Origin: Candidatus Poribacteria bacterium
GTDB taxonomy: Bacteria > Poribacteria > WGA-4E > PCPOR2b
NCBI GenBank assembly: GCA_965205075.1
Contig: OZ242036.1
Span: forward strand, 6,285,354 to 6,349,353
Length of the DNA stretch: 64,000 bases
Direction of reading: 5' to 3'
Shown here: positions 8,981 through 17,836 of the stretch, in pieces
Numbering within the stretch: position 1 is the first letter of the stretch
Layout: each line of letters starts with the position of its first letter
Made by a program: the position numbers and the translations under genes
The notes under the pieces: generated by a model
The model's database searches: none
What the model saw: only the letters and a program-made list of their open reading frames with translations
What the model was told of the DNA's origin: nothing

Positions 8981-9676
8981 ATGACTGATCAGAAAACCTT
9001 GACAGTTGATATAGGTGGCAGCGGCATCAAAACGATGGTTCTTGATGCAGATGGAAATCCGATAGGGAAGCGGACGCGCGTCCCAACGCCGCGACCTGCT
9101 AAACCGGATCCCGTCCTTGTGGGAATTGTCAAGTTAGCCAAGGGACAGTCAGACTTTGACCGTGTGTCGGTCGGCTTTCCCGGTGTGATACGTAAAGGTG
9201 TGACTGAAACAGCGGTAAACCTCCATAAGGATTGGGTTGGGTTCGATTTGGAAGGAGCCTTATCCGAAAAACTGAAGAAACCCGTGCGCGTCTTGAACGA
9301 TGCTGACGTTCAGGGGTTCGGTGCAATTTCCGGCAAGGGTGTGGAATTGGTTGTCACACTAGGGACTGGCTTTGGATCTGCCCTGTTTCTTGATGGAAAA
9401 CTAGTGCCTAATCTTGAGGTGGCGCACCACCCATTTCATCGTGGTAGGACCTACGAGGAGCATTTAGGCAGTGCTGCGCTAAAAAAAACGGGCAGAAAAA
9501 AATGGCAACGGCGTGTGATGGAAGCAATTGCCTCTCTCGAACACCTGTTTAACTACGATACCCTTTACATCGGGGGTGGCAATGCGCGGCGGCTTACGGT
9601 TAACCTTCCTCCGAATGTTAAAATCATTCCCAACGTCGCCGGTTTATTGGGCGGTATTGCTTTGTGGAGAGACTAG
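8981..9676 (+). CDS. ppgK: ROK-family kinase, polyphosphate glucokinase-like
   Basis: VDIGGSGIK, VGFPGV, NDAD, TLGTGFGSALF..GKLVPNLE..H. Confidence 0.75.
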   Translation: MTDQKTLTVDIGGSGIKTMVLDADGNPIGKRTRVPTPRPAKPDPVLVGIVKLAKGQSDFDRVSVGFPGVIRKGVTETAVNLHKDWVGFDLEGALSEKLKKPVRVLNDADVQGFGAISGKGVELVVTLGTGFGSALFLDGKLVPNLEVAHHPFHRGRTYEEHLGSAALKKTGRKKWQRRVMEAIASLEHLFNYDTLYIGGGNARRLTVNLPPNVKIIPNVAGLLGGIALWRD

Positions 9677-9714
9677 ATATTGTTCTGATTCACCGTAGAA
9701 AGAAAGACTACTGC

Positions 9715-11022
9715 ATGAGATCCCCAAACATTCTGTACATCCATTCCCACGACACGGGGCGCTACGTCCAACCCTATGGTCACGCCGTGCCGACACCGAA
9801 TATCCAACGTCTTGCTGAGGGGGGCGTCCTTTTTCGACAGGCATTTTGTGCGAATCCCACATGTTCACCTTCTCGTGCTAGCCTCCTGACCGGCAAGTGG
9901 GCACACAGCTGTGGGATGCTTGGTTTAGTCAATCGTGGCTTTTCGATGACTGACTATAGTCAGCATATTGTTCACACCCTTCGAGATGGTGCCGGATATC
10001 ATTCGGTTTTAGGGGGACTTCAGCATGTCGCTAAAGACCCCACCCGGATTGGCTACGATCGGATCCTAGAGGGTGAGCGTAGTCCCGAAAAGGTTGTCTC
10101 ACGCACGGTTGATTTCCTAAAGGATGCTCCATCACAACCTTTCTTCCTTGACGTTGGTTTTTTTGTGACGCATCGTGAGTTTCCAGAACCCGGACCGGCC
10201 GAGGATCCACGCTACTGTTTGCCACCCGCCCCCATGCCCGATACGCCTGAAAATCGCTATGATATGGCGGCTTACAAAGCGAGTGCCCGTATTCTGGATA
10301 ATAGTATTGGAATGGTCTTGGATGCACTTGATGAAAATGGGTTAGCCGAGGATACGCTGGTTATTTGCACCACGGATCACGGACTCGCTTTTCCTAGCAT
10401 GAAATGTAATCTGACCGATCACGGCATCGGTGTGATGCTGATAATGCGGGGACCCAGCGGTTTTACTGGCGGACGGGTCTGTGACGCAATGGTTTCCCAT
10501 ATTGACGTTCTTCCTACGATCTGCGACCTATTGGATATTGCTGTGCCGGAAGGGGTACAGGGGAGCTCAATGATGCCATTAATCCGAGGTGAGACGGAAT
10601 CTATTCATGACGAGATCTTTGCAGAGGTCAATTATCATGCTGCCTATGAGCCTCAACGCGCTGTCCGGACACAGCGATGGAAATATATCCGACGGTACAG
10701 CGACCGGCAGAAACCGGTGCTTCCCAACTGCGATGGAAGTCCAACCAAAGATGTGTGGATGCAACACGGTTGGCAAGATCGATATGTTGCACCAGAGCAA
10801 CTGTACGACCTGATCTTCGATCCAAACGAAACGCACAATTTGATCAACGATTCGGCTGTGACACCTGTGCTTGAGGATATGCGTCATCGGCTCGACCGTT
10901 GGATGCTTGAGACGGAGGACCCGCTGCTGCACGGACCCGTTCCCCCGGATCCCGGTGCTCAGTTGAATGATCCAGCGAGTATATCGCCGCCCTATTCATT
11001 ATACACCGTACCTTTCAACTAG
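9715..11022 (+). CDS. Sulfatase (formylglycine-dependent, heparan N-sulfatase-like)
   Basis: PNILYIHSHD, CSPSRASLLTG, TTDHG, EQLYDL..DPNE. Confidence 0.92.
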   Translation: MRSPNILYIHSHDTGRYVQPYGHAVPTPNIQRLAEGGVLFRQAFCANPTCSPSRASLLTGKWAHSCGMLGLVNRGFSMTDYSQHIVHTLRDGAGYHSVLGGLQHVAKDPTRIGYDRILEGERSPEKVVSRTVDFLKDAPSQPFFLDVGFFVTHREFPEPGPAEDPRYCLPPAPMPDTPENRYDMAAYKASARILDNSIGMVLDALDENGLAEDTLVICTTDHGLAFPSMKCNLTDHGIGVMLIMRGPSGFTGGRVCDAMVSHIDVLPTICDLLDIAVPEGVQGSSMMPLIRGETESIHDEIFAEVNYHAAYEPQRAVRTQRWKYIRRYSDRQKPVLPNCDGSPTKDVWMQHGWQDRYVAPEQLYDLIFDPNETHNLINDSAVTPVLEDMRHRLDRWMLETEDPLLHGPVPPDPGAQLNDPASISPPYSLYTVPFN

Positions 11023-11165
11023 CTCCTCTTAAGACACCAATGGAGTGCTCGGTGTATACAAAAAAGTTCAACCGATCCCGCGCCAGAGGAACGGTATATT
11101 CATCAAAATCTTCGCAGTGGACACCCCGTTCTTTAGAGCGGGGAGGAAACTGCGCTCCTTTTTCG

Positions 11166-11193
11166 TTGTAAACTGTCGTAAAAATGGTATAAT
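11166..11193 (+). promoter_or_regulatory. sigma70-like promoter inside IS left end
   Basis: TTGTAA-16 nt-TATAAT with extended TG. Confidence 0.55.
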
Positions 11194-11263
11194 TTTGGTG
11201 GCTTTCGTGGGAGAATGCACCCCTACCGCCTGGTAGGGTCTCCCACCTCCTAGTGCATAGGAA

Positions 11264-12511
11264 ATGAAAGATAGAAAGCTAACCTCAATGAAAACTACAT
11301 TTGAATATCGGGCATATCCGACTGCTAAACAACGAAAGACCTTTACCGCTTGGTTTGCGTTGCTCCGGATGCTTTACAACCAAGCCCTTGCATGGCGTAA
11401 AGATGTCTACCAATCCACCGGTGAATCGGTCAAGTGGGCGACCCAAGGGAACGCTTTACCTGACCTCAAACAAGAGTCCCCCGCGTTTGCCGGTCTCCAC
11501 GCTGATGTGCTGCAAGACTGCTTACGGCGTTTGGATAAAGCATACCGAGCATTCTTTCGTCGTATCAAAATGGGCGATGAACCGGGCTTCCCGCGCTTCA
11601 AAAGCGAAGGGCGGTATCGGTCGATGACCTTTAGCCACTTGTCTGTGAATCTAATACGGCATATCCGTCGCAAGTTTGCCCGCGTGGTTGTCCCCAAAGT
11701 TGGACACCTCAAGATTCGGTATCACCGACCGCTGCCCGATGGTAAAATTAAGAATCTGACCATCAGCCGTAAAGCGTCGGGCTGGTATGTAACTATCTGC
11801 GTTGAAGTCCCCGCCCCCGTGAAAGTCCCTGTTGAAACGACCATCGGCGTGGATGTTGGGCTTAATGCCTTTGTCGTCGATTCCGATGGTCAACGGATTC
11901 CAAATCCACGCTACTATCGCAAATCTGAAAAGATGCTTGGCAAACATCAACGGATACTCTCTCGATGCAAGAAAGGCAGTAACCGCAGAAAGAAACAGCG
12001 TCAAGTTGTCGCCCGATGCCATGAACACATAGCGAATCAGCGCAAGGATTTTCAGTTTAAGACGGTGCATCGCATTCTTCTTCGTTGCGATGAGGTTGCC
12101 GTTGAGAATCTGACCATCACGAATATGTTGAAAAACCATTACCTTGCCAAGAGTATATCTGATGCGGGTTGGGGCAGTTTTCGCTTGAAACTGCAAAGCA
12201 AGGCTGAAAGTGCCGGTAAGCAGTTCACGAAGGTTAAGCCCCACTACACAAGCCAGAAATGTTCAAGTTGCGAGGCGATAGTTCCCAAACTCTTGTCTGT
12301 CCGTGTCCATGACTGCCCGCATTGCGGGTTGGTACTGGACAGAGACCATAACGCTGCAATCAATATCAAAAAGGCTGCTGTAGCCTTGCGTGGAGGTGCG
12401 GTGGTAACCAACACCCCCGAAACTCTTGAAAGAGAAAGAAGCGCAGAACCTTGTAAGACCCGTGGGGGAGGCAATTATAACAAGCCGCCTCCTTTAGGGC
12501 GGGGTAACTGA
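11264..12511 (+). CDS. tnpB: RNA-guided endonuclease TnpB
   Basis: HTH (FEYRAYPT), GFPRFKS, RuvC I VDVGL, RuvC II VENL, Zn finger CSSC/CPHC, RuvC III DRDHNAAINI. Confidence 0.95.
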   Translation: MKDRKLTSMKTTFEYRAYPTAKQRKTFTAWFALLRMLYNQALAWRKDVYQSTGESVKWATQGNALPDLKQESPAFAGLHADVLQDCLRRLDKAYRAFFRRIKMGDEPGFPRFKSEGRYRSMTFSHLSVNLIRHIRRKFARVVVPKVGHLKIRYHRPLPDGKIKNLTISRKASGWYVTICVEVPAPVKVPVETTIGVDVGLNAFVVDSDGQRIPNPRYYRKSEKMLGKHQRILSRCKKGSNRRKKQRQVVARCHEHIANQRKDFQFKTVHRILLRCDEVAVENLTITNMLKNHYLAKSISDAGWGSFRLKLQSKAESAGKQFTKVKPHYTSQKCSSCEAIVPKLLSVRVHDCPHCGLVLDRDHNAAINIKKAAVALRGGAVVTNTPETLERERSAEPCKTRGGGNYNKPPPLGRGN

Positions 12512-12561
12512 CAGAATGTTGAGGGGATATTTTGGGGGATTGATAATCCTGTGAGATCTAT

Positions 12562-12590
12562 TTGACAAAGTTTGATAGATATGATATGAT
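12562..12590 (+). promoter_or_regulatory. sigma70 promoter upstream of ferredoxins
   Basis: TTGACA-17 nt-TATGAT with extended TG. Confidence 0.65.
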
Positions 12591-12745
12591 TAACTCGCCT
12601 TATTGAACTGAAAACGCCGGCGCTTTGATTATTCCCAACGCTATGAAGGACCTGAATGATATCAGGCTAAGAGGATTCAATCGTCAATTTTCAATATATA
12701 ATTGTCAATAACTGTATTTCCGAATGAAATAGGAGGATAAAGCCG

Positions 12746-13003
12746 ATGACCTACGTCATCACTGAACCTTGCATCGATGTTAAGGATACTGCCTGTGTTG
12801 ATGTTTGCCCTGTTGACTGCATTCATCCAACCTCAGACTCAGACGAATTTGAGAATCACAACCAGCTTTATATTGACCCTATAGAGTGCATTGACTGCGG
12901 TGTATGCGAGCCGGAATGTCCGGTCGAAGCGATTTTCATAGATGAAGATGTCCCCGAAGAATGGGAGCACTTCACCCAGTTAAACGCTGACTATTTCCAA
13001 TAA
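12746..13003 (+). CDS. fdxA: 7Fe ([3Fe-4S][4Fe-4S]) ferredoxin, copy 1
   Basis: [17 protein letters not shown] and [16 protein letters not shown]; AGGAGG RBS. Confidence 0.93.
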   Translation: MTYVITEPCIDVKDTACVDVCPVDCIHPTSDSDEFENHNQLYIDPIECIDCGVCEPECPVEAIFIDEDVPEEWEHFTQLNADYFQ

Positions 13004-13021
13004 TAACGCGCTATAAAACCT

Positions 13022-13080
13022 AAAACGGGCAGCGACTTGGGAGGGATCCAAATGCCAAACCCTAATCGCTGCCCGTTTTT
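13022..13080 (+). terminator. Long hairpin / probable intrinsic terminator
   Basis: 14-bp stem AAAACGGGCAGCGA / TCGCTGCCCGTTTT ending in a T-tract. Confidence 0.6.
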
Positions 13081-13236
13081 GCGATACCATAAATAGTGTA
13101 ATAGTCCGGGGGCTGGTTGACGCTATAGATTCATAGGTGAAATAGGCACTTATGCTATTTCAATAACAATTATTGATTGGTTCTCCACAGTCATCTTAAT
13201 ATCGTAATTTTTTAATGAAACAGGAGGATAAAACCG

Positions 13237-13494
13237 ATGACCTACGTCATCACTGAACCCTGTATTGATGTTAAGGATACTGCTTGTGTTGATGTTTGCC
13301 CCGTTGACTGTATTCACCCAACCTCAGACTCAGATGACTTTGAAAATCAGAATCAGCTTTTTATTGATCCTGCGGAGTGTATTGACTGCAATGTGTGTGA
13401 ACCGGAATGTCCGGTCGAGGCAATTTTCATAGATGATGAAGTTCCGGAAGAATGGGAACATTTCATCCAGCTAAACGCTGACTATTTCCAATAA
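13237..13494 (+). CDS. fdxA: 7Fe ferredoxin, copy 2
   Basis: Near-identical paralogue (CIDCNVC); same RBS context. Confidence 0.93.
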   Translation: MTYVITEPCIDVKDTACVDVCPVDCIHPTSDSDDFENQNQLFIDPAECIDCNVCEPECPVEAIFIDDEVPEEWEHFIQLNADYFQ

Positions 13495-13562
13495 TGATGG
13501 TTTAATCTATGCTGAACCGAGTCATATGACTTTTCAAACAGGTTCTTAAAGAAAGAAATGTT

Positions 13563-14015
13563 TTGAAGGAAGATTATCTTTTACAGGTCAGAATAACAGG
13601 TATACTCATTGAAGATGATAAAATATTAATCGTCAAACAAACAATATCTCCTGAGCGGACTTGGAGTCTTCCCGGGGGAAGAGTACAACAGGGTGAAATG
13701 CTAGAGGAAGCGATAATCAGAGAAATGAGAGAGGAAACAGGATTGGAGACAAGCGTTACAAAACTCCTCTATGTCTGTGATTATCCTGAAGTGGAACCCC
13801 CTGTACTCCACATCTCCTTTTTGCTGAATAGAATTGGTGGTGAGGTGCGTCTGCCTTCAAATGAGTTCGATGAAAACCCCATTTTTGATGTAAAGATGGT
13901 GCCGATAGATGACCTGCCATCTTATGATTTTTCAGATAAATTCAAAGACTTTGTTCAAAAAGGATTTCCAGACGCTGGTAGTTATAAAGGTCATAAAAGG
14001 TGCATTGGCTTGTAA
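13563..14015 (+). CDS. NUDIX hydrolase
   Basis: Nudix box GGRVQQGEMLEEAIIREMREETGL. Confidence 0.9.
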   Translation: MKEDYLLQVRITGILIEDDKILIVKQTISPERTWSLPGGRVQQGEMLEEAIIREMREETGLETSVTKLLYVCDYPEVEPPVLHISFLLNRIGGEVRLPSNEFDENPIFDVKMVPIDDLPSYDFSDKFKDFVQKGFPDAGSYKGHKRCIGL

Positions 14016-14129
14016 AAGGTGCCGAGTTGAGTTTGCGAGAATGCAAGTTAAGTCGTAAGCCGAAAAGTCTCAACCTTTAGGTGTCTACCACCACGCGAAC
14101 CACGACAGATATCGCAGAATAGCCTGTAA

Positions 14130-14453
14130 ATGATGCCTCAGCCAACTCAGATTCAACGCCTTCCGGACGCAATTAGTGTTCAATGGAGCGATGGACACCA
14201 AAGCGAGTATTCCCATCAACTGCTGCGTCAAAAGTGCCCATGTGCACGGTGCCAATCAGAAAAGTCAGATAAAAACCCGCTACGCCTGTTACCCACCGAT
14301 CCGTTATCCAAAAACCTTACACTTGTTGATATACAGCGTGTTGGTCGTTACGCGATTCGATTGATCTGGGCTGACGGACACAAGACAGGCATCTATACAT
14401 TTGAGTTTCTTCACTCTATTCAACCGGATTCGACGGAAACTACGCCCGATTAA
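14130..14453 (+). CDS. DUF971 / GBBH N-terminal-like protein
   Basis: WSDGH, LRQKCPCARC, VGRYA...WADGH.TGIY. Confidence 0.85.
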   Translation: MMPQPTQIQRLPDAISVQWSDGHQSEYSHQLLRQKCPCARCQSEKSDKNPLRLLPTDPLSKNLTLVDIQRVGRYAIRLIWADGHKTGIYTFEFLHSIQPDSTETTPD

Positions 14454-14531
14454 CAAACTACTTCGACCAACTGCCTCTCTCGCCCCTTTTCCTGGTGGAT
14501 GGTTTGTTGACCCTTTCCAATAGCACTTTGA

Positions 14532-15569
14532 TTATTCAACCTGCCCTTCCGGTGAAAACACCTTAAAATCGCAGATGGCGTGCCGAAAAACGACGATTTT
14601 TGATTCGTTTTCTAAAATCATCTTAATCTCGTAGCTACTCACCCAATCCACCAATCCACGAAAAGCTTCTCCTTCTAGCATTGTGACTTGGATCATGTGC
14701 CGAGCCCGTCGCGCTTGAACAATAGCTCGCGTATTGATGCTATAGCGTTTTTTTCGTTGTATTATGGGCTTTAGGTTCTGTTCCTTAATTTCCCCGTTAT
14801 AGCGGAGAATCGACTGTATATCCGCAGCATCCTCCGCTTTGTAACAGTATTTGACATCGGTTTTCGGTAGTTCTTGTCTTTCTGTTTCGCCCCCGATAGA
14901 ATCGATTCCGTTCCGATCCCGTTCCGAGGACCCCGATGAATCGGAGGAATCCCGATTTATCGGGAGATTCGGAGCAACTTGTAAAACGAAGTCGTATTTG
15001 GTGAACCCAGTAACCGTCGCAGATAGCAGTGTATGATTATACAATCCAAAAAACATGGGCGTTTGAAGACGTATCTGCTTCTGTATGTAGAGATCGCCAA
15101 AGGTTGGCTGTTCATCAGGTGAGGAGGCTGGTTCTGGTTTGGGAGTGTGCAGATGAGAAGATTTCCGATCTGGGGAACTATCAATCAATTCAGACGTTGC
15201 TGTTTTAACTCTTGGAGTGGAGAAAGCAGCGGGCGTGGGGCGGATAGGACTTTCAGATGAAGCAAACGCCCCCTCCTCAGAATTATCTCTTGACTGCTGA
15301 GGTGGGGCATAGTCGCGAGGTATCACTGCCTTACCTTGTCTCAATCGCTTCTGTTCAAGCGGGGTAAGCAGGACCTTCACATTCTGGGCGACGGGACCTC
15401 TATCGCCTACAGCTACCTCGTATCTAACATACTGCCCTACCTGGATTTCGTCGTATCCATCCTGAATCGCAGAGATATGCAGAAAAACATCTCCTTCACC
15501 GGTGTCTTGAGCGATGAATCCATACCCTTTGTCTGAGTTATAATATTTGACTCGTCCCGTTGGCATCAT
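14532..15569 (-). CDS. Cold-shock domain protein fused to two Hfq/Sm-like domains
   Basis: CSD with RNP1 KGYGFI and RNP2 VFLHIS; S/P-rich linker; C-terminal VTMLEGEAFRG...KIVVFRHAI resembles Hfq; a second, degenerate Sm-like copy precedes it. Confidence 0.75.
   Translation of the reverse strand: MMPTGRVKYYNSDKGYGFIAQDTGEGDVFLHISAIQDGYDEIQVGQYVRYEVAVGDRGPVAQNVKVLLTPLEQKRLRQGKAVIPRDYAPPQQSRDNSEEGAFASSESPIRPTPAAFSTPRVKTATSELIDSSPDRKSSHLHTPKPEPASSPDEQPTFGDLYIQKQIRLQTPMFFGLYNHTLLSATVTGFTKYDFVLQVAPNLPINRDSSDSSGSSERDRNGIDSIGGETERQELPKTDVKYCYKAEDAADIQSILRYNGEIKEQNLKPIIQRKKRYSINTRAIVQARRARHMIQVTMLEGEAFRGLVDWVSSYEIKMILENESKIVVFRHAICDFKVFSPEGQVE
14890..14981 (-). repeat. In-frame palindromic micro-element (expanded copy) inside CSD-Hfq gene
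   Basis: Shares ends CARGTTGCTCCGAAT...ATCGGGGG with copies in mfd and lptD; contains nested CCGATnnATCGG palindromes. Confidence 0.6.
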
Positions 15570-15614
15570 TTTCTCTCCATTGGGTTAAAGATTTCCGACT
15601 GGAATGCGGACGAT

Positions 15615-16436
15615 TTAGTAATAGCACGGAAGATCTCGACCTTGAATTGGGTCAACATATTTTGCCAAGTCACGCAGGGAGATAACAGTGCAGTCGTTGT
15701 GGTAAAGATAATCCATGTAGGTTTCAAATGTTTCGGGGTCTGTATTGACCCAAGGGTGCTCCAAGGCAGGCACACCGTGGAACGTCAAGACAGCAATCTG
15801 TCCATCTCTCGCCCCCTCAACTGCCCACACCAAGTCGTCAAACCCCCAGTGTGGTCCCGAAGCCCCGGTCGTTGGGATGAGCAGCGGATGATGTTTCGCC
15901 GGGTTGTATGCGGGACCTCGTCCTCCTTCTGAATCGTAGGTAAACTCCGGTGCAATGCCGCGTCGTGCAAAGAGGAATCCTTTCTCAATTAGGACTTTCA
16001 CTGCCTCAGGTCCGTTAGAATACCCCGGATAGCAGAATGTCTCAGGTACGGGGATACCGTGTTCCTTGCAACGTAGATCAATGTGTTGTAGATCGGCAAG
16101 TAACTCTTCGCTCGATTGGTTGTTCACGTTTTTGTGATGGCGCGTGTGGTTGCCAATTTCAAAACCGGCTTCGTGCAGTTGCTTAACCTCTTTCCATGTT
16201 ACATAGTGCGCTTTGTTTTTGAGAAAATTGAGCCCCTCAGTGATGAAAAAGGTGCCACCGAAGCCGTAACGCTTGAGTAAGGGTGCTACATAGGTGGCAT
16301 CCGACTTGTTGCCGTCATCGAAGGTCAAGACAACCAACCGATCGGGGATGGGTTGGAGATTTTGAGAGGTAAATATATTCCTGTTATTATCATAAACACC
16401 TGATTCGCTCATCGGTTCCCTTTCCTGTTGACTCAT
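15615..16436 (-). CDS. Polysaccharide deacetylase (CE4/NodB) family
   Basis: LTFDDG, EIGNHTRHH, FCYPG, LTFHG. Confidence 0.9.
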   Translation of the reverse strand: MSQQEREPMSESGVYDNNRNIFTSQNLQPIPDRLVVLTFDDGNKSDATYVAPLLKRYGFGGTFFITEGLNFLKNKAHYVTWKEVKQLHEAGFEIGNHTRHHKNVNNQSSEELLADLQHIDLRCKEHGIPVPETFCYPGYSNGPEAVKVLIEKGFLFARRGIAPEFTYDSEGGRGPAYNPAKHHPLLIPTTGASGPHWGFDDLVWAVEGARDGQIAVLTFHGVPALEHPWVNTDPETFETYMDYLYHNDCTVISLRDLAKYVDPIQGRDLPCYY

Positions 16437-17500
16437 TAGCTAGTTTCCAAGAACTCCCAGAGTTTATCAAATTGCGACCCTGTAATAGGTTGATGGCGCA
16501 AGATGGTATTGGTATCCTTTCGCTCCATGTAGCTCGGCGCAAACTCCAATCCTACACGAAGTTCCTCGCGGCTTATTCCTACCTCCCTTGGTCGGCGGCG
16601 CACTTTGCATCGATCTAGCCGATTCGTCAGAATTTCGGGCTGCTCGTCACATTGCCAAGCGATGATGATTGCGCTGAATGCAACCATCTCTCCATGGATG
16701 TAGCTTGTGTTATGCTTTTCTTCTAGGGCGAGCCAGAAATCGTGATCTCCGCTTGCAGCCTCCGGTCGTTGAATCCAACGAGAATCGCGCTCCTGCACAC
16801 TTTTCATGATGTGTCGTGCGCTTTTTCCTGTCAGGTTTCCCTGTGCATCAAGGCTTGCTTCAAAGCCGTGCGTAATCTCTTCATGGTGACTGAGGACATC
16901 AGCAATTACTGCTTCGTCGCAAGGCGGACCTATACCGTTTTTGGCACGCCAACGCCATTCCGCGGGTGCTGCATACCCACATAGTATATCGCCGAGACCA
17001 GCGGTATTCAGGTAATAGGGTGCTTCGAGAATCAGGTCGTCGTCCGCTAGAATATGATCGCAGTCCACCCAGGGCCAATCGTCGAGTGCTCCAACGATTT
17101 TTCTTCCTTCCCATTTCGCCACAACCCCATGGATGATCGCTCCCGTTGATACGATCGTTGGCACCATGACGAGTGGTAGATCTTTGTCTAACGCTACGAA
17201 CTTTGAGACATCTAGTGCCCGTCCGCCGCCCAGTCCAACTACCAACTCCGCATCATCAGGCAAACTCTCGCTTATCTCTTTTTGATGTCTGGAATCCAAC
17301 CACATTGCATGGGCTACCCCTGCGGGCGGTTTGGATAGATGGGATTGCGCTGTTTTGTATGCAGTCGGTGTGGACACCATTAAGTAGCGTGGCCACCCGG
17401 CACTCTCCTTTTTCAGCAGACCTGAACCGTAGCGAATGTCATATTCCGCTGCCGGTTTCATCTGACTTGCATGGGACCAACCGCGTCCTGCTTTATTCAT
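16436..17500 (-). CDS. Glycerol-1-phosphate dehydrogenase / GldA-like dehydrogenase (divergent)
   Basis: GLGGGRALDVSK, VPTIVS, AGLGD, SGDH, HGEMVA. Confidence 0.7.
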   Translation of the reverse strand: MNKAGRGWSHASQMKPAAEYDIRYGSGLLKKESAGWPRYLMVSTPTAYKTAQSHLSKPPAGVAHAMWLDSRHQKEISESLPDDAELVVGLGGGRALDVSKFVALDKDLPLVMVPTIVSTGAIIHGVVAKWEGRKIVGALDDWPWVDCDHILADDDLILEAPYYLNTAGLGDILCGYAAPAEWRWRAKNGIGPPCDEAVIADVLSHHEEITHGFEASLDAQGNLTGKSARHIMKSVQERDSRWIQRPEAASGDHDFWLALEEKHNTSYIHGEMVAFSAIIIAWQCDEQPEILTNRLDRCKVRRRPREVGISREELRVGLEFAPSYMERKDTNTILRHQPITGSQFDKLWEFLETS

Positions 17501-17836
17501 GTGTCCTACCTTTCATTTTCGATCATTTTTTGAAAACATTTCCCGAATTTTAGCCGATTCCGTCTAAGTTTTCAATCCTTTTCTAATCTTACGTCTGTGT
17601 AGGTTTTTCCACCGCCATAACCGGCGTCATTGGTGAAAAACCGATTCCGGACTGTAGCTTCTTGTAAGTTTCCCCGAATGATGCGACATAATTATTCAGA
17701 AACGGTATTACAATTGGATCGATGTTTTAATGTGACAGAATCGTGATAAATTTCAGATGTAATTTGTAACCGTTTGCAGTATAATTAGACGAATTTTGCT
17801 TCCAATTATTCATAAGTTCCGAGGAGGAGGAACGGT

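Larger units (their letters stand above)
11104..12512 (+). mobile_element. IS200/IS605-family (IS1341-type, tnpB-only) element
   Basis: Matching 20-nt subterminal hairpins at 11124-11143 (CCCCGTTCTTTAGAGCGGGG) and 12485-12504 (CCGCCTCCTTTAGGGCGGGG). Right end ...TGAC; left target TTCAT. No tnpA. Confidence 0.8.

Noticed and set aside
11264-12511. TnpB as a Cas12f-type CRISPR effector or catalytically dead TldR
   Set aside because: No array nearby, IS hairpin ends are present and the RuvC residues are intact.
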